64,000 nucleotides of DNA from NCBI GenBank assembly GCA_964457855.1, contig CAYWEO010000005.1, forward strand, positions 487 to 64,486, given 5' to 3'. A model generated the notes under the pieces. It was not told where the DNA came from. It saw only the letters and a program-made list of their open reading frames with translations, and ran no database searches. Below, piece by piece: positions 28,002-37,024 of this stretch; the stretch's first letter is position 1; each line of letters opens with the position of its first letter. This DNA is from an uncultured Opitutales bacterium (GTDB lineage: Bacteria; Verrucomicrobiota; Verrucomicrobiia; Opitutales; CAYWEO01). The position numbers were made by a program, and so were the translations under genes.

Positions 28002-28463
28002 TTATTTCGTGGATTGTACAGAAAAATATTCAGGCTCTCCTGGAAAAGGAAGGGGATTTTGCGCTTCATGAGGATGCGATGCACCCGCGTAAACCTTGAG
28101 CTTTCTAAATACCTGATTGTTTAACTTATTCTTTGGCAACATCCTTCTAACCGCGAGCTCAATGATACGTTCTGGATGTAACTCCCTATATTCCTCAAAC
28201 GTATGGTACTTTTCGCCACCCTTCCAGCCGGAATAGGTCATGTACGTCTTCTTCTCTTCCTTGTTCCCAGAGACGTAAACTTTGTCGGCATTAATCACAA
28301 TCACAAAATCTCCCGTATCCGTATGGGGGGTATAAATGGGCTTTTGGCGACCTCTCAAGACATTGGCGATTTTAACAGCCATGCGTCCCAAAACCTGATC
28401 CTTAGCATCCACCACGTAATATTTCCGGGAAAAACCCTCTTTTTTAGCTAACGTCGTCTTCAT
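28002..28463 (-). CDS. rplM: 50S ribosomal protein L13
   Basis: ..[46 protein letters not shown].. ATG 28463 chosen. Confidence 0.95.
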   Translation of the reverse strand: MKTTLAKKEGFSRKYYVVDAKDQVLGRMAVKIANVLRGRQKPIYTPHTDTGDFVIVINADKVYVSGNKEEKKTYMTYSGWKGGEKYHTFEEYRELHPERIIELAVRRMLPKNKLNNQVFRKLKVYAGASHPHEAQNPLPFPGEPEYFSVQSTK

Positions 28464-28600
28464 GAAATTTAAAAGTAAAAGTATTTTAGAATATTGCAAG
28501 AATTGTCAAATCTTTTTGCAATTTTGCGAGATGATACATAAAAAGGTTATGTTTTTTCCGAAGAACGCAAGCTTTTTGTATGGGACATCGGTATTTTTAC

Positions 28601-28705
28601 GGCGGGGGTGTTTTTTGCAAAAAGCACCCCCGCCGGACCTCCCCCTTAAAAACTCTCGTTCGGAAGGCATTTTTGTGGTACTCCGTGCCCCAAAAATGCC
28701 TTCCG
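28601..28705 (+). repeat. 3HP modules A and B (module C displaced to 28914)
   Basis: GGCGGGGGTGTTTTTTGCAAAAAGCACCCCCGCC and CGGAAGGCATTTTTGTGGTACTCCGTGCCCCAAAAATGCCTTCCG. Confidence 0.9.
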
Positions 28706-28707
28706 AT

Positions 28708-28845
28708 GTAGGCGGCGTAGCGATTTCGAGCGCTAGGGTTCCGTTACAGGAAAATTTCAACCCCGCTTACGTACGTTAGTACGCTCGGGGGTTAAAATTT
28801 TTCTGTAGTCGTCCCTATCATCTCGAACTTGCTACGCCGCCCCAC
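28708..28845 (+). repeat. PE-A element inserted between 3HP modules B and C
   Basis: GTAGGCGGCGTAGC-GATTTCGAGCGCTAGGGTTCCGTTAC...ACGTACGTTAGTACGCTC...CCCTATCATCTCGAAC-TTGCTACGCCGCCCCAC. Confidence 0.9.
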
Positions 28846-28866
28846 CTTAAGCGAAGAAAAACTCTC

Positions 28867-28997
28867 ATATTTTGCTCATGCTGAGCAAAATATACCGCTT
28901 TTCTTTGGAGGGTCCGGGAACCGTTTCTGTTCTCGCGAACAGAAAGGTTCCCGGATATCCGATGGTCAACGAACCTAGCGCTCGAAATCGCTACGCC
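28867..28997. repeat. 12-bp hairpin, 3HP module C, and an inverted PE-A left-arm half copy
   Basis: ATATTTTGCTCA-tgc-TGAGCAAAATAT; CCGGGAACCGTTTCTGTTCTCGCGAACAGAAAGGTTCCCGG; GTCAACGAACCTAGCGCTCGAAATCGCTACGCC, which ends 3 nt before the ddl stop. Confidence 0.8.
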
Positions 28998-28999
28998 CC

Positions 29000-30202
29000 C
29001 TAGCCGTTAAAAATGTTTGCACATACAAGGCGTGGTTCGAGGGCCGTCTGGCGTTTCTCGAATTCGCGAAATCCTTCCGCAATCAACGCGTCAATTAACT
29101 CCGCAAACTTCACCTCCGGTTGCGCACGCTCCCAGAGGTAATAGGCTAGAGAACCAGGCAATGGATTCACCTCATTCAGCCAAATTTCTCCCGTCTTCGT
29201 ATCGCTTAAAAAGTCAATCCGAGGACTCCCAACACTCTCCAAATTCGTGAAAATGGACGTTGCCATATCGCGAATCTTTTGTGCCATTTCCGGAGACAAA
29301 TTTTTTGGGCAAATTTCTCTCGATGCACCGGCCATTCCCTGCGCATGGGAGGCCGACAACTTAGAATCCGCGTTACCTTCAGCCAAATATTTGTCCTTGA
29401 AATCCAAAATCTCACCCTTCCTTAACGGCCGCTCAATGGCGGACAAGCGAACATCGCCGAAAGCCCTCGTAATCGCTACGTTATACTCCTCCAAAGACTC
29501 AATAAACGGCTCCACGAGAGCCTCAAAATCCATACGGAAAATCGTCAGCAAGGCCGCCTCAAGCTCCTTGGCATCCTCCACGCGATACACTCCAATGCTA
29601 CTCCCTAAATGACAAGGTTTTGCGCACAGAGGAAACCGCCCACCAAACGCCCGCACAATCGCGTCAACATCCTGCGCACCACGAAATTGCGTCTTCGCAA
29701 TCACTTTATCCGGCAAAACATTGATGCCAAGGCCGCGACACCACCGTTTCGTCAGCACTTTGTTCATGAAGACAGCGGATTCCGTCAACCGACAGCCCGT
29801 ATGCGGAATTTGCATCGCCTCGAAAACCCCCTGCATCGCCCCATCTTCCCCCAAATTCCCGTGAAAGGCCACAAAAGCGCAGTCAAATGGCAACTCCTGT
29901 TTCCCAAGACCAAAACGCGAGCGGATTCTCAATTCCGGCTCCAAACTGGGATTGCCAAAGGGAAGTTCTACACGCGACAGGCTGGATTTCACTTTCTGCG
30001 AAAGGTAGTAATTCTTCCGATTCAACAACGCATCTCCCGTCCAGCAAACGCTTTGCAGATCGACATAGACCGGAATCGGGATGTACTTTGCGTAATCCAT
30101 CGCCTCGATCACTTGCAGACCCGTCAAAACACTAATATCGTGTTCCAAAGAAGGTCCTCCAAAAAAAACAGCTACCTTTTTTGCCCGCTTCATTTCCCTC
30201 AT
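29000..30202 (-). CDS. ddl: D-alanine--D-alanine ligase family ATP-grasp enzyme (stand-alone, 400 aa)
   Basis: Starts KKVAVFFGGPSLEHDISVLTG and ends with ATP-grasp motifs ..EIWLNEVNPLPGS.. Confidence 0.8.
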   Translation of the reverse strand: MREMKRAKKVAVFFGGPSLEHDISVLTGLQVIEAMDYAKYIPIPVYVDLQSVCWTGDALLNRKNYYLSQKVKSSLSRVELPFGNPSLEPELRIRSRFGLGKQELPFDCAFVAFHGNLGEDGAMQGVFEAMQIPHTGCRLTESAVFMNKVLTKRWCRGLGINVLPDKVIAKTQFRGAQDVDAIVRAFGGRFPLCAKPCHLGSSIGVYRVEDAKELEAALLTIFRMDFEALVEPFIESLEEYNVAITRAFGDVRLSAIERPLRKGEILDFKDKYLAEGNADSKLSASHAQGMAGASREICPKNLSPEMAQKIRDMATSIFTNLESVGSPRIDFLSDTKTGEIWLNEVNPLPGSLAYYLWERAQPEVKFAELIDALIAEGFREFEKRQTALEPRLVCANIFNG

Positions 30203-30319
30203 TTCTCAAAGACAGCAAAACATTCCCATAAAATCAATACAATTCCTCCAAAATCTCCAAAAAACACTTTACTTCCCGCTCGCTTTACGGCATCATTTTT
30301 CTCTGAATACATCTATTTT

Positions 30320-30550
30320 ATGGCTGACAAATCCAATAAAAATCCCGAAAACGTCCCCGGAAAATACTACGTCGATAGTCAATGCATCAATTGCAACCTC
30401 TGCATCGAAATCGCTCCCGATATCTTCGAAATGAGCGAAGACAACGGCTACTCCTTTGTCAAAAAACAACCCATAACCGACGACGAAATCGCTCGCGCTG
30501 ATGAGGCTTTGGAAGGTTGCCCTGTACAAGCGATCGGAAAATCCGCGTAG
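30320..30550 (+). CDS. small [4Fe-4S]/[3Fe-4S] ferredoxin (76 aa)
   Basis: KYYVDSQCINCNLCIEIAPDIF...EGCPVQAI. The rest of ORF 29609..30550 is antisense to ddl and was discarded. The TAG stop lies in a PE-A half copy. Confidence 0.8.
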   Translation: MADKSNKNPENVPGKYYVDSQCINCNLCIEIAPDIFEMSEDNGYSFVKKQPITDDEIARADEALEGCPVQAIGKSA

Positions 30551-30988
30551 GGTACGTCGATTTTGAGCATTAGGGTTCGTTCAGAAATTTTTTTAGGATC
30601 TGGACCATCAGGCAATAAAATTAGGTAGTTGGTTTTATTGTCTCGTGGTCCAGATTCAATCTTTAAACAGTGCCAACGCTGGGAAAATGTTTCCATTAAA
30701 TTCTCTATCAATCCATTTCGAAAAGATTGATCCCTTAGGCTAATGATTTCTTGATTTTTCTTCCCGCGGATCCTGTTTAATGTTGCGGATTTTCCATTGC
30801 TGAGTTGTACAGTGGTCTCGGTGCTTTCATGATATACCAAATGCATCCTCAGAGGAATATGTTAAAAGTTGATTTGAATCATTCTTTTCTTTGCCCTTCT
30901 TCCGGGTTTCTTTCATCCCAAACGCCGATAAAGCGGTGGCGAGAGCTAGGCAGAAAATGCCTGTTTGTTTGAATAGTTTTGTTTTCAT
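30448..30988 (-). pseudogene. frameshifted member of the MxTKLFKQ signal-peptide family
   Basis: ATG 30988 gives MKTKLFKQTGIFCLALATALSAFGMKETRKK.. and stops after 53 aa at 30827. The overlapping +1 frame (MHLVYHEST.., ORF 30448..30846) continues into a PE-A half copy and into the antisense of the ferredoxin gene. Confidence 0.4.
30546..30586 (+). repeat. PE-A left-arm half copy
   Basis: CGTAGGGTACGTCGATTTTGAGCATTAGGGTTCGTTCAGAA. Confidence 0.7.
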
Positions 30989-31065
30989 ATGATTTTGTGT
31001 GGTTAAATGGTTTTATGGGATCTTCGAATGATGGAATTTTTAGACGGCTGAATTCCTTTTTGATC

Positions 31066-32076
31066 TCAGTTCTTTGTTGCGTTTTCCTTTTCTTTCTTTT
31101 TTTCTTCCTTAAAGGCTTTTTTGCTTTGCTTGTGCTTCTCCTTCTTCAGCGCGCCCTTCTCCTTTTGTGAGAGTTTTTTCTTCGTGTTTTCTTTCTTTTT
31201 AGTCATTTCCAAGAGATCTTGGGGTGAAATTACAATATTTTTGCGTGTTATTGTCTCAACGGGTCTTCCCTCTTTCCTATCTTCCGCTTCGTTGACTCTG
31301 ATTTTGAGACTCTTGGATGGAGTGGTATTGGTTATAAGGTCTGATTGTGTAATTCTCTTGAGTGATTGATCGCGTGTTTCTTCACTGACGCGTAAAATAA
31401 AGGTGATTCTTGTCTGATCAGTTTTGAGATCGGCGATTGCGTTTCTTGTTGTTTTGTCGAACTTTGAGTATCCGAGCGTCAAATGATCCAGTTGCGTGAG
31501 TCCATTCATGAGCCTCTTGACGTCTTTGAATGTTAGCGACCAATCGGATATGTCGAGATCCTCAACGTTGGGAAAACCCTTGATGATGAAATTGATGGCT
31601 TTTGGTGTTAAAATATTGTTCAATTGTTCGATATTAGTGGGCGTAATGCAGAGCTTTTGAATCTTTGGTTGCGGTTTGTTGAAATCTTTGGTTTTTTTGA
31701 GCCAGGGTTTCCCGGTGATGATGAGCTCCGTTGAGCTATCGGTTGCTTTGGATGGAAGCTCATGGTTCACGATTGGGTCACTTTCCTCGGTTTTTTCTTC
31801 GTTTTTAGGTGCATTAATAAAGAGCTTTTCGTCTTCTGTTTTATTTTCCTCCTTATTCTCAATCTTGACGGATGTGTTGTTGTTTGTAAATGGATCGAAA
31901 ATAAAACTTGGTTCTGGTTCTTCTTGCTTGTCTTCAGGTTTTGTGATGTCGAATAGGTTAGAAATGTCTTCGGAGAGCTTTGTATCTAGCTCTTGATTTT
32001 TCATCCCAAACGCCGATAAAGTGGTGGCGAGAGCTAAGCAGAAGATGCCTGTTTGTTTGAATAGTTTTGTTTGCAT
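31066..32076 (-). CDS. secreted single-module family member with LRR-like C-half and K-rich tail (paralog 4)
   Basis: Signal peptide MQTKLFKQTGIFCLALATTLSAFG|MK, then ..TGKPWLKKTKDF..GFPNVEDLDISDWSL..LDHLTLGYSKF.., tail ..KKAFKEEKKKEKENATKN. Confidence 0.75.
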   Translation of the reverse strand: MQTKLFKQTGIFCLALATTLSAFGMKNQELDTKLSEDISNLFDITKPEDKQEEPEPSFIFDPFTNNNTSVKIENKEENKTEDEKLFINAPKNEEKTEESDPIVNHELPSKATDSSTELIITGKPWLKKTKDFNKPQPKIQKLCITPTNIEQLNNILTPKAINFIIKGFPNVEDLDISDWSLTFKDVKRLMNGLTQLDHLTLGYSKFDKTTRNAIADLKTDQTRITFILRVSEETRDQSLKRITQSDLITNTTPSKSLKIRVNEAEDRKEGRPVETITRKNIVISPQDLLEMTKKKENTKKKLSQKEKGALKKEKHKQSKKAFKEEKKKEKENATKN

Positions 32077-32145
32077 ACGATTAGTTTAAGAGGGTTGAAT
32101 TGTTTTATGATTGCCAAATTGTAGAAAGATTTTTCTCATGTCAAC
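32077..32145 (-). promoter_or_regulatory. conserved promoter/5'UTR cassette (reverse orientation)
   Basis: The reverse complement is nearly identical to 2975..3043. Confidence 0.45.
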
Positions 32146-32177
32146 AAAAAAACAGCAATCTCGCGACTGCTGTTTTT
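32146..32177 (-). terminator. conserved cassette terminator
   Basis: The reverse complement reads AAAAACAGCAGTCGCGAGATTGCTGTTTTTTT. Confidence 0.75.
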
Positions 32178-32205
32178 GGGTAAGAGGATCGAAGCGATTT
32201 TTCGA

Positions 32206-34002
32206 TCAGTTCTTTTGATCTTCGTTTTTATCTTCCTTCTCGTTTTCGTTCTTCTTGTTAATTTCAATTTCTTTTGCCTCCAGGTTCTTTTTAATTTCAA
32301 CTTCCTTGTCTTTTTTCTCCAATTCTTTCGGGTGCTCCTCGTTTTGTTTTAAGTCGTTTTGCGGCTTTTTGGGGAGTTTGCTGCATTCCTCTATGTCTTT
32401 CCCGCCCGATAATTCTTCCATGTGCTTATCGTGTTGTTTTAAGTCGTTTAAGAGTTTGTTGTATTTCTCCATGCATTCTTCCTTAAGTGTTTCTGGGCGC
32501 TTGTTTTGTTTGAAGTCGTTGTGCAGCTTTTGAATTCTTTGCAGCTCGTCCACGAGTTTGTCGTATTCCTCTATCTCCTTCATGAATTTAATGACTTTCT
32601 TTTCTTCCTGTTGATTTTTTACTTTTATCGCTTTGCATTGTTCTATGGTAAGATCAATAACGTATGATGTGTCATTAATGTCGAGTTTCTTAATTGTAAG
32701 CTTTGTGTTTGGTAAAGCGAGAGTTGATTCGCGTTTGATTTTTCGGCGCTGCCAATATATATACGCGTTGGCCGATTTATCGAACTCCCACGTGTTAAGG
32801 TTCAAGTGTTCTTGGGCAAAGGGTAGGTTCGGAAAGCAATTTCTTATGGCCATCAAGTCCTTAGAGGTTAATTTACCGTCATCTGCAGGGGCAGGGGTCT
32901 TCAGGTTGTCAAACCAAAGTATTAGTGGGTTTTTTTTACAGGTGTATTCGCTTGGTATGGACTCAACCTCTTTAATCATTGGGAATTGGTATTTAGAAAT
33001 GTTTGGAATGAGCCAAAATTTCCCGCGCATCAGTAATGGTGATCTTTTTGATTCTAATTTATCATCTTGTTTGATTTTTTTAGTAGCTTCTAGGCAGGAT
33101 TGTTTTTGGATGGCGTCTAAACAACATTCTTCATAGGCTTTTTTGTTGAATTCTATAGTATGATTGGTGTCTGCAGGACTATATTTAGAGAGTACAGTTC
33201 CTTGTTTATCTAAGAGCTTCCTGTCTGCTTTCTTCAATTTACTTTCAGTTAGCTTATTTGAGAATAAGCCGCCAGACAATCCGAGTGTATCGATAACTTC
33301 CTTGCGAGCAGGTATCAATATCTCGCAATTGTTGTTACGGCAAGTTTTCATTATTATTCGGATATCTTTCTTTTCACACTCATGCAGGTAAAGTTTTTTT
33401 AATGAACTTTTTAGCAAGATTTTCTTAACCTGTGTGCACCATTCAAAGAGTTTGTTAAGTGGCAGATCCCAACTCACCACATTAAGTTCTTGTAGTTCTG
33501 GAAAGATGTCCACAAGGTGATCAAAGTCCTCTGCGTAAAGAATTCCGTCATCGGGTGGAATGGCAATGGATAACAATTCGTTTGCAGGGTCAATTTCTTG
33601 TAATGTCTTTTTATTGCGTACAATAGTAAGTTTTGTGATATGCTTGTATTTTATTTTTTTCCAGTCGCCATACTTCCAGAAGTTTCCCCCAAGTGTGGTC
33701 CAGCAATGCACGCTCGTAGGGGGAGCTAGTTCTGATGCGTTTTGTTCCAGTTTGGCGTTTTGTTCATCACTTGCCTTAAGGATGTTTTTAGAGCTTTTAA
33801 CATACTTGTTTTTCTTGTTTTTGGAAAAGCTTCCATCGTCTTTCTCATTTAAAAACGTTTTGTTGAGTATTTCATTGAGACATTCCTCGTTTTTTTTGTT
33901 TTGCCCTTTCATGCCAAAGGTTGGTGATAGAACGAGAAAGGCTGCGTAAAACGCGCTAGCCTTTGTGAGGTTTTTTAGAAGGTTATATTTCGACGTATAC
34001 AT
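32206..34002 (-). CDS. secreted two-module GKFW-family protein with long K/E tail (paralog 3)
   Basis: ..KASAFYAAFLVLSPTFG|MKGQ. Modules GGNFWKYG..IPPDDGILYAEDFDHLVDIFPELQELNV and RGKFWLIPN..APADDGKLTSKDLMAIRNCFPNL. Tail ..KEVEIKKNLEAKEIEINKKNENEKEDKNEDQKN. ATG 34002 preferred over TTG 34050. Confidence 0.75.
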   Translation of the reverse strand: MYTSKYNLLKNLTKASAFYAAFLVLSPTFGMKGQNKKNEECLNEILNKTFLNEKDDGSFSKNKKNKYVKSSKNILKASDEQNAKLEQNASELAPPTSVHCWTTLGGNFWKYGDWKKIKYKHITKLTIVRNKKTLQEIDPANELLSIAIPPDDGILYAEDFDHLVDIFPELQELNVVSWDLPLNKLFEWCTQVKKILLKSSLKKLYLHECEKKDIRIIMKTCRNNNCEILIPARKEVIDTLGLSGGLFSNKLTESKLKKADRKLLDKQGTVLSKYSPADTNHTIEFNKKAYEECCLDAIQKQSCLEATKKIKQDDKLESKRSPLLMRGKFWLIPNISKYQFPMIKEVESIPSEYTCKKNPLILWFDNLKTPAPADDGKLTSKDLMAIRNCFPNLPFAQEHLNLNTWEFDKSANAYIYWQRRKIKRESTLALPNTKLTIKKLDINDTSYVIDLTIEQCKAIKVKNQQEEKKVIKFMKEIEEYDKLVDELQRIQKLHNDFKQNKRPETLKEECMEKYNKLLNDLKQHDKHMEELSGGKDIEECSKLPKKPQNDLKQNEEHPKELEKKDKEVEIKKNLEAKEIEINKKNENEKEDKNEDQKN

Positions 34003-34166
34003 AAAGTTTTTAATGAGGTTAAAATTGTGTGAATTAATCTTAGGCGTCAAGCAGTTTTTGCTTTATTTTGAGTTTTTGCGCGATGATTACACAGGGTTGT
34101 GAATTGCCTCGCCAAATAGAAAAAACTTGCACTTTCCAAATGCGTGCGTACATTTAATTGCGGAAA

Positions 34167-34239
<73 letters not shown>

Positions 34240-34245
34240 CTCTCG

Positions 34246-34381
34246 TGTCCAGGAAGACGTCACTTTTGAGCGCTAGGTTCGTTGCTCAAAAAATTTAACC
34301 CATCACGTACTACAGTACGCTCAGGGATTAGATTTTTCACGCGCCTGCCTATCATTTCAAAATTGACGGCTTCCTAGACAC
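34246..34381 (+). repeat. PE-A element directly after the tRNA
   Basis: A 26-nt inverted flank pair GTGTCCAGGAAGACGTCACTTTTGAG / TTCAAAATTGACGGCTTCCTAGACAC. Core ACGTACTACAGTACGCTC. Confidence 0.9.
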
Positions 34382-34435
34382 GATGGGGCTAGAGAATTTC
34401 AAAATAGAGGCTCTCTTAGCGGTTTTGATGTGCTG

Positions 34436-34502
34436 GGGGATTTCGGTTTTGCGTAGTCTTCCCTATCATCTCAAAATTGACGGCTTTCTGGACACGATGG
34501 GG
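34436..34502 (+). repeat. PE-A right-arm half copy with the same flank repeated
   Basis: GGGGATTTCGGTTTTGCGTAGTCTTCCCTATCATCTCAAAATTGACGGCTTTCTGGACACGATGGGG. Confidence 0.8.
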
Positions 34503-34511
34503 CTTAAAGTT

Positions 34512-34619
34512 CGGAAGGCATTTTTATGGCACTACGTGCCATAAAAATGCCTTCCGATATGACTTTTCTTTGAAAGGTCCGGAAAACTTTTCTTTTCTTC
34601 TGAAAAGAAACTTTTCCGA
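34512..34619 (+). repeat. 3HP modules B and C
   Basis: CGGAAGGCATTTTTATGGCACTACGTGCCATAAAAATGCCTTCCG and TCCGGAAAACTTTTCTTTTCTTCTGAAAAGAAACTTTTCCGA. Confidence 0.9.
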
Positions 34620-34633
34620 ATTTATCGAATAAA

Positions 34634-35128
34634 ATGACGTTTCTTGCAATCGATTATGGTACGCGTCGCGTTGGACTAAGCGTCGCGGATGGGGAGTTGC
34701 GGATGCCGTTGCCGTTGAAGCCGTTGATTATCAGCAATGTTTCGGAGATTATTCCGGCGTTGAGGCGCGTGGTTGTTGAACGCGAAGTGAGGGAGTTTGT
34801 CGTGGGTTATCCCCTGTCGATGGATGGGCGCGAAACGAAAATGAGTCGTGAGGTGAAGGCCTTTGCGGATCAGTTGCGGAAGGCGTTTGGTCTCCCGGTT
34901 CATCTCGTTGAAGAGCAACTCTCGTCGTACCAAGCAGAAACGGAATTTGTCGATCGCTTTGATGGATTGAAAGGAAATGGCGGGGTGGCTGGAAACAGGA
35001 AATCAGGACGGAACGGCAAATCCACCCACGGCAGTCAATCAAAACTCCGTCGCGAAACCCCCACCGGCCACCTCGATTCGATGGCCGCGACGATCATTCT
35101 GCGGGATTTTTTGGAGCGGAGGGGGTAG
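34634..35128 (+). CDS. ruvX: YqgF/RuvX-family putative pre-16S rRNA nuclease with basic C-terminal extension
   Basis: MTFLAIDYGTRRVGLSVAD...VREFVVGYPLSMDGRETKMSREVKAF. Confidence 0.8.
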   Translation: MTFLAIDYGTRRVGLSVADGELRMPLPLKPLIISNVSEIIPALRRVVVEREVREFVVGYPLSMDGRETKMSREVKAFADQLRKAFGLPVHLVEEQLSSYQAETEFVDRFDGLKGNGGVAGNRKSGRNGKSTHGSQSKLRRETPTGHLDSMAATIILRDFLERRG

Positions 35129-35193
35129 CCTTCCCAAAAGTAGCCAAAAATTGTTTTGACTCGGATTTTTGGGTGGGGTAAAATGGTTCCACT

Positions 35194-36309
35194 ATGATGA
35201 ACGATTTGAGTGCTGTTGGTGGTATGCACCAGGTGAGTTTTGTTGAGGGGGGGGCGGCTGGAGGAGGAGTTCTTGGCGCTGCTGGGGATTTAGGACCATT
35301 TGAGGGCGGGTTGAAGCAAACGTCTATTGCGAATACCGCAAGTGATGCAAAAAGCACTCTACAAGATATTCGCGACTTGTTGTACGGAAAGAATGACTAC
35401 AGTCCGGCCACATTGGGGAAAATTAATTATTTCAGAACAGTACTGCAGGATTCAAACAATCCATTAGGCCTCCAACAAGCACCAGAAGTCGTGAGTCTGA
35501 AAGACATTGGGGCTCTTCGCAACAACGTAGATGCCGCGAATATCAAGCCGTATCTTGTTAGCTTAAACGCGTTACTGAACAAGGTTGCGGGCACTCCTCC
35601 GACTGGCCAAGAAGCTTTACAGGCGGTAAAAGATAGCCATGAGATGAAGGGATTCCAAAACGCGGCGCAGAGTTTCTATAACGCAGTCAATGCTGGGGAA
35701 GCTCTTGGAATCAGGGAAGGGAGAAAAATTACCTGGTTGAAATTAGGAACAGCGCTACAAAATTCGCAGGTTTATAAAGATGCAACGAGTGCTTTAGGAA
35801 TTGCCAAGCAGAACGGTTTGACGGGACTAGCAACAGACCTCAGCAATGCGACAGACCTAGTCCCACAACTGCCCCGCCTTTCAACACAGCAGATAATCGA
35901 TGGCACCAACTCAGGTACGCTTTCAAAAGATGACGTTAAACTTGCGCTAACGGTCAATACGGAAGCGCTAAAACAGTTATCTGAAAAACTCATAGGATCA
36001 TCGGAAGGCAAGCAATGGCTGGAGTTTAGAAATATAGAAGCGCGAAGAAACAACGCTTATCGACTTAAAGATGTCATGTACGAACGGTATTTTTCGAATG
36101 GGGGCCTGGATTCTTCCTGGGAAAATTACTGCCAGGCAGATAAAAATTATAATTCCTTAAATAACTCTATGAATAACTTGCAAGGTCCTTTCAATGCAAT
36201 ACTGCCAGCTTTTCAAAAGTCACCAGAATACGTGGCTTTGAGTAGCATTCTACAAGGAACTGGTCAAACCGTCGAGGATTACCTTATCAAAAAATACGTG
36301 GTGGTTTAA
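35194..36309 (+). CDS. hypothetical protein (371 aa), Gly/Ala-rich N-terminus, no signal peptide
   Basis: Long ORF. No motif recognised. Confidence 0.55.
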   Translation: MMNDLSAVGGMHQVSFVEGGAAGGGVLGAAGDLGPFEGGLKQTSIANTASDAKSTLQDIRDLLYGKNDYSPATLGKINYFRTVLQDSNNPLGLQQAPEVVSLKDIGALRNNVDAANIKPYLVSLNALLNKVAGTPPTGQEALQAVKDSHEMKGFQNAAQSFYNAVNAGEALGIREGRKITWLKLGTALQNSQVYKDATSALGIAKQNGLTGLATDLSNATDLVPQLPRLSTQQIIDGTNSGTLSKDDVKLALTVNTEALKQLSEKLIGSSEGKQWLEFRNIEARRNNAYRLKDVMYERYFSNGGLDSSWENYCQADKNYNSLNNSMNNLQGPFNAILPAFQKSPEYVALSSILQGTGQTVEDYLIKKYVVV

Positions 36310-36418
36310 AAACATCAAAAGTAGGTGGCATTCCTCCCGTTCAAGGTCTTTCCCAAATTCCCAATCGGTTCCTTTTAACTCACGATTTCCGTCTCCGAAA
36401 TTCACCAACTCCCCAAAG

Positions 36419-37015
36419 TTACAATTTTTCTTGGATTTCTTTCAATTGATCGATCAGGTCGCTGAGGAATGAGGCGAGTTCTTCGTTTGGATTGTTGAGG
36501 TATTTGACTGCATGTTGGGTCTCTTCGTAGAGTAGCGTGACGGTGGTGATGAGATCGCTCAAGAGGACTTTGGGTTTCGGTGGTGACGAAAGTTCAAGCA
36601 ATTGTCCTAGTCCGCCCGAGAAGGAACAGGATTCCATTTGGAAACATTTTTTTTGGATGTCCTTGGCGTCTTGCGACTTGATTCCACAGGCTGTGATTGC
36701 ATTTTCTGTTGAAACAAAGGTGATTAAAGAGGTTCCCCACGTTTTTAAAAGGGAGTTGGTTTTTTGAGTATTTGCTGAATTAAGCGCGTTTTTGTATTGG
36801 TTGAGTAGATCGAGGAGCGTATTTATGCTGTTTTTGCAATAACGACAGCCATCGCCGCTATAATTTTTGTATTCCGGAAAGTTGATGCCAACCTCTTGTT
36901 TTTTTGGATTATTGTCCTTCATGCCAAATGCCGGTAGCGTCCCGAACAGTGTGCAGAAGGCCAAGAAAAGCACTTGGGGAATTATTTTGAAACGTATATT
37001 GAGTTTTTCTGTCAT
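36419..37015 (-). CDS. secreted hypothetical protein with AFG|MK junction
   Basis: ..FLAFCTLFGTLPAFG|MKDNNPKKQE. Probably helical, with 4 Cys. ATG 37015 preferred over GTG 37024. Confidence 0.6.
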   Translation of the reverse strand: MTEKLNIRFKIIPQVLFLAFCTLFGTLPAFGMKDNNPKKQEVGINFPEYKNYSGDGCRYCKNSINTLLDLLNQYKNALNSANTQKTNSLLKTWGTSLITFVSTENAITACGIKSQDAKDIQKKCFQMESCSFSGGLGQLLELSSPPKPKVLLSDLITTVTLLYEETQHAVKYLNNPNEELASFLSDLIDQLKEIQEKL

Positions 37016-37024
37016 AAATATCAC

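Noticed and set aside
29609-30319. Long N-terminal extension of the ferredoxin ORF (313-aa ORF 29609..30550)
   Set aside because: The extension is antisense to the well-supported ddl gene and has low-complexity composition. Only the last 76 codons, from ATG 30320, have ferredoxin motifs.
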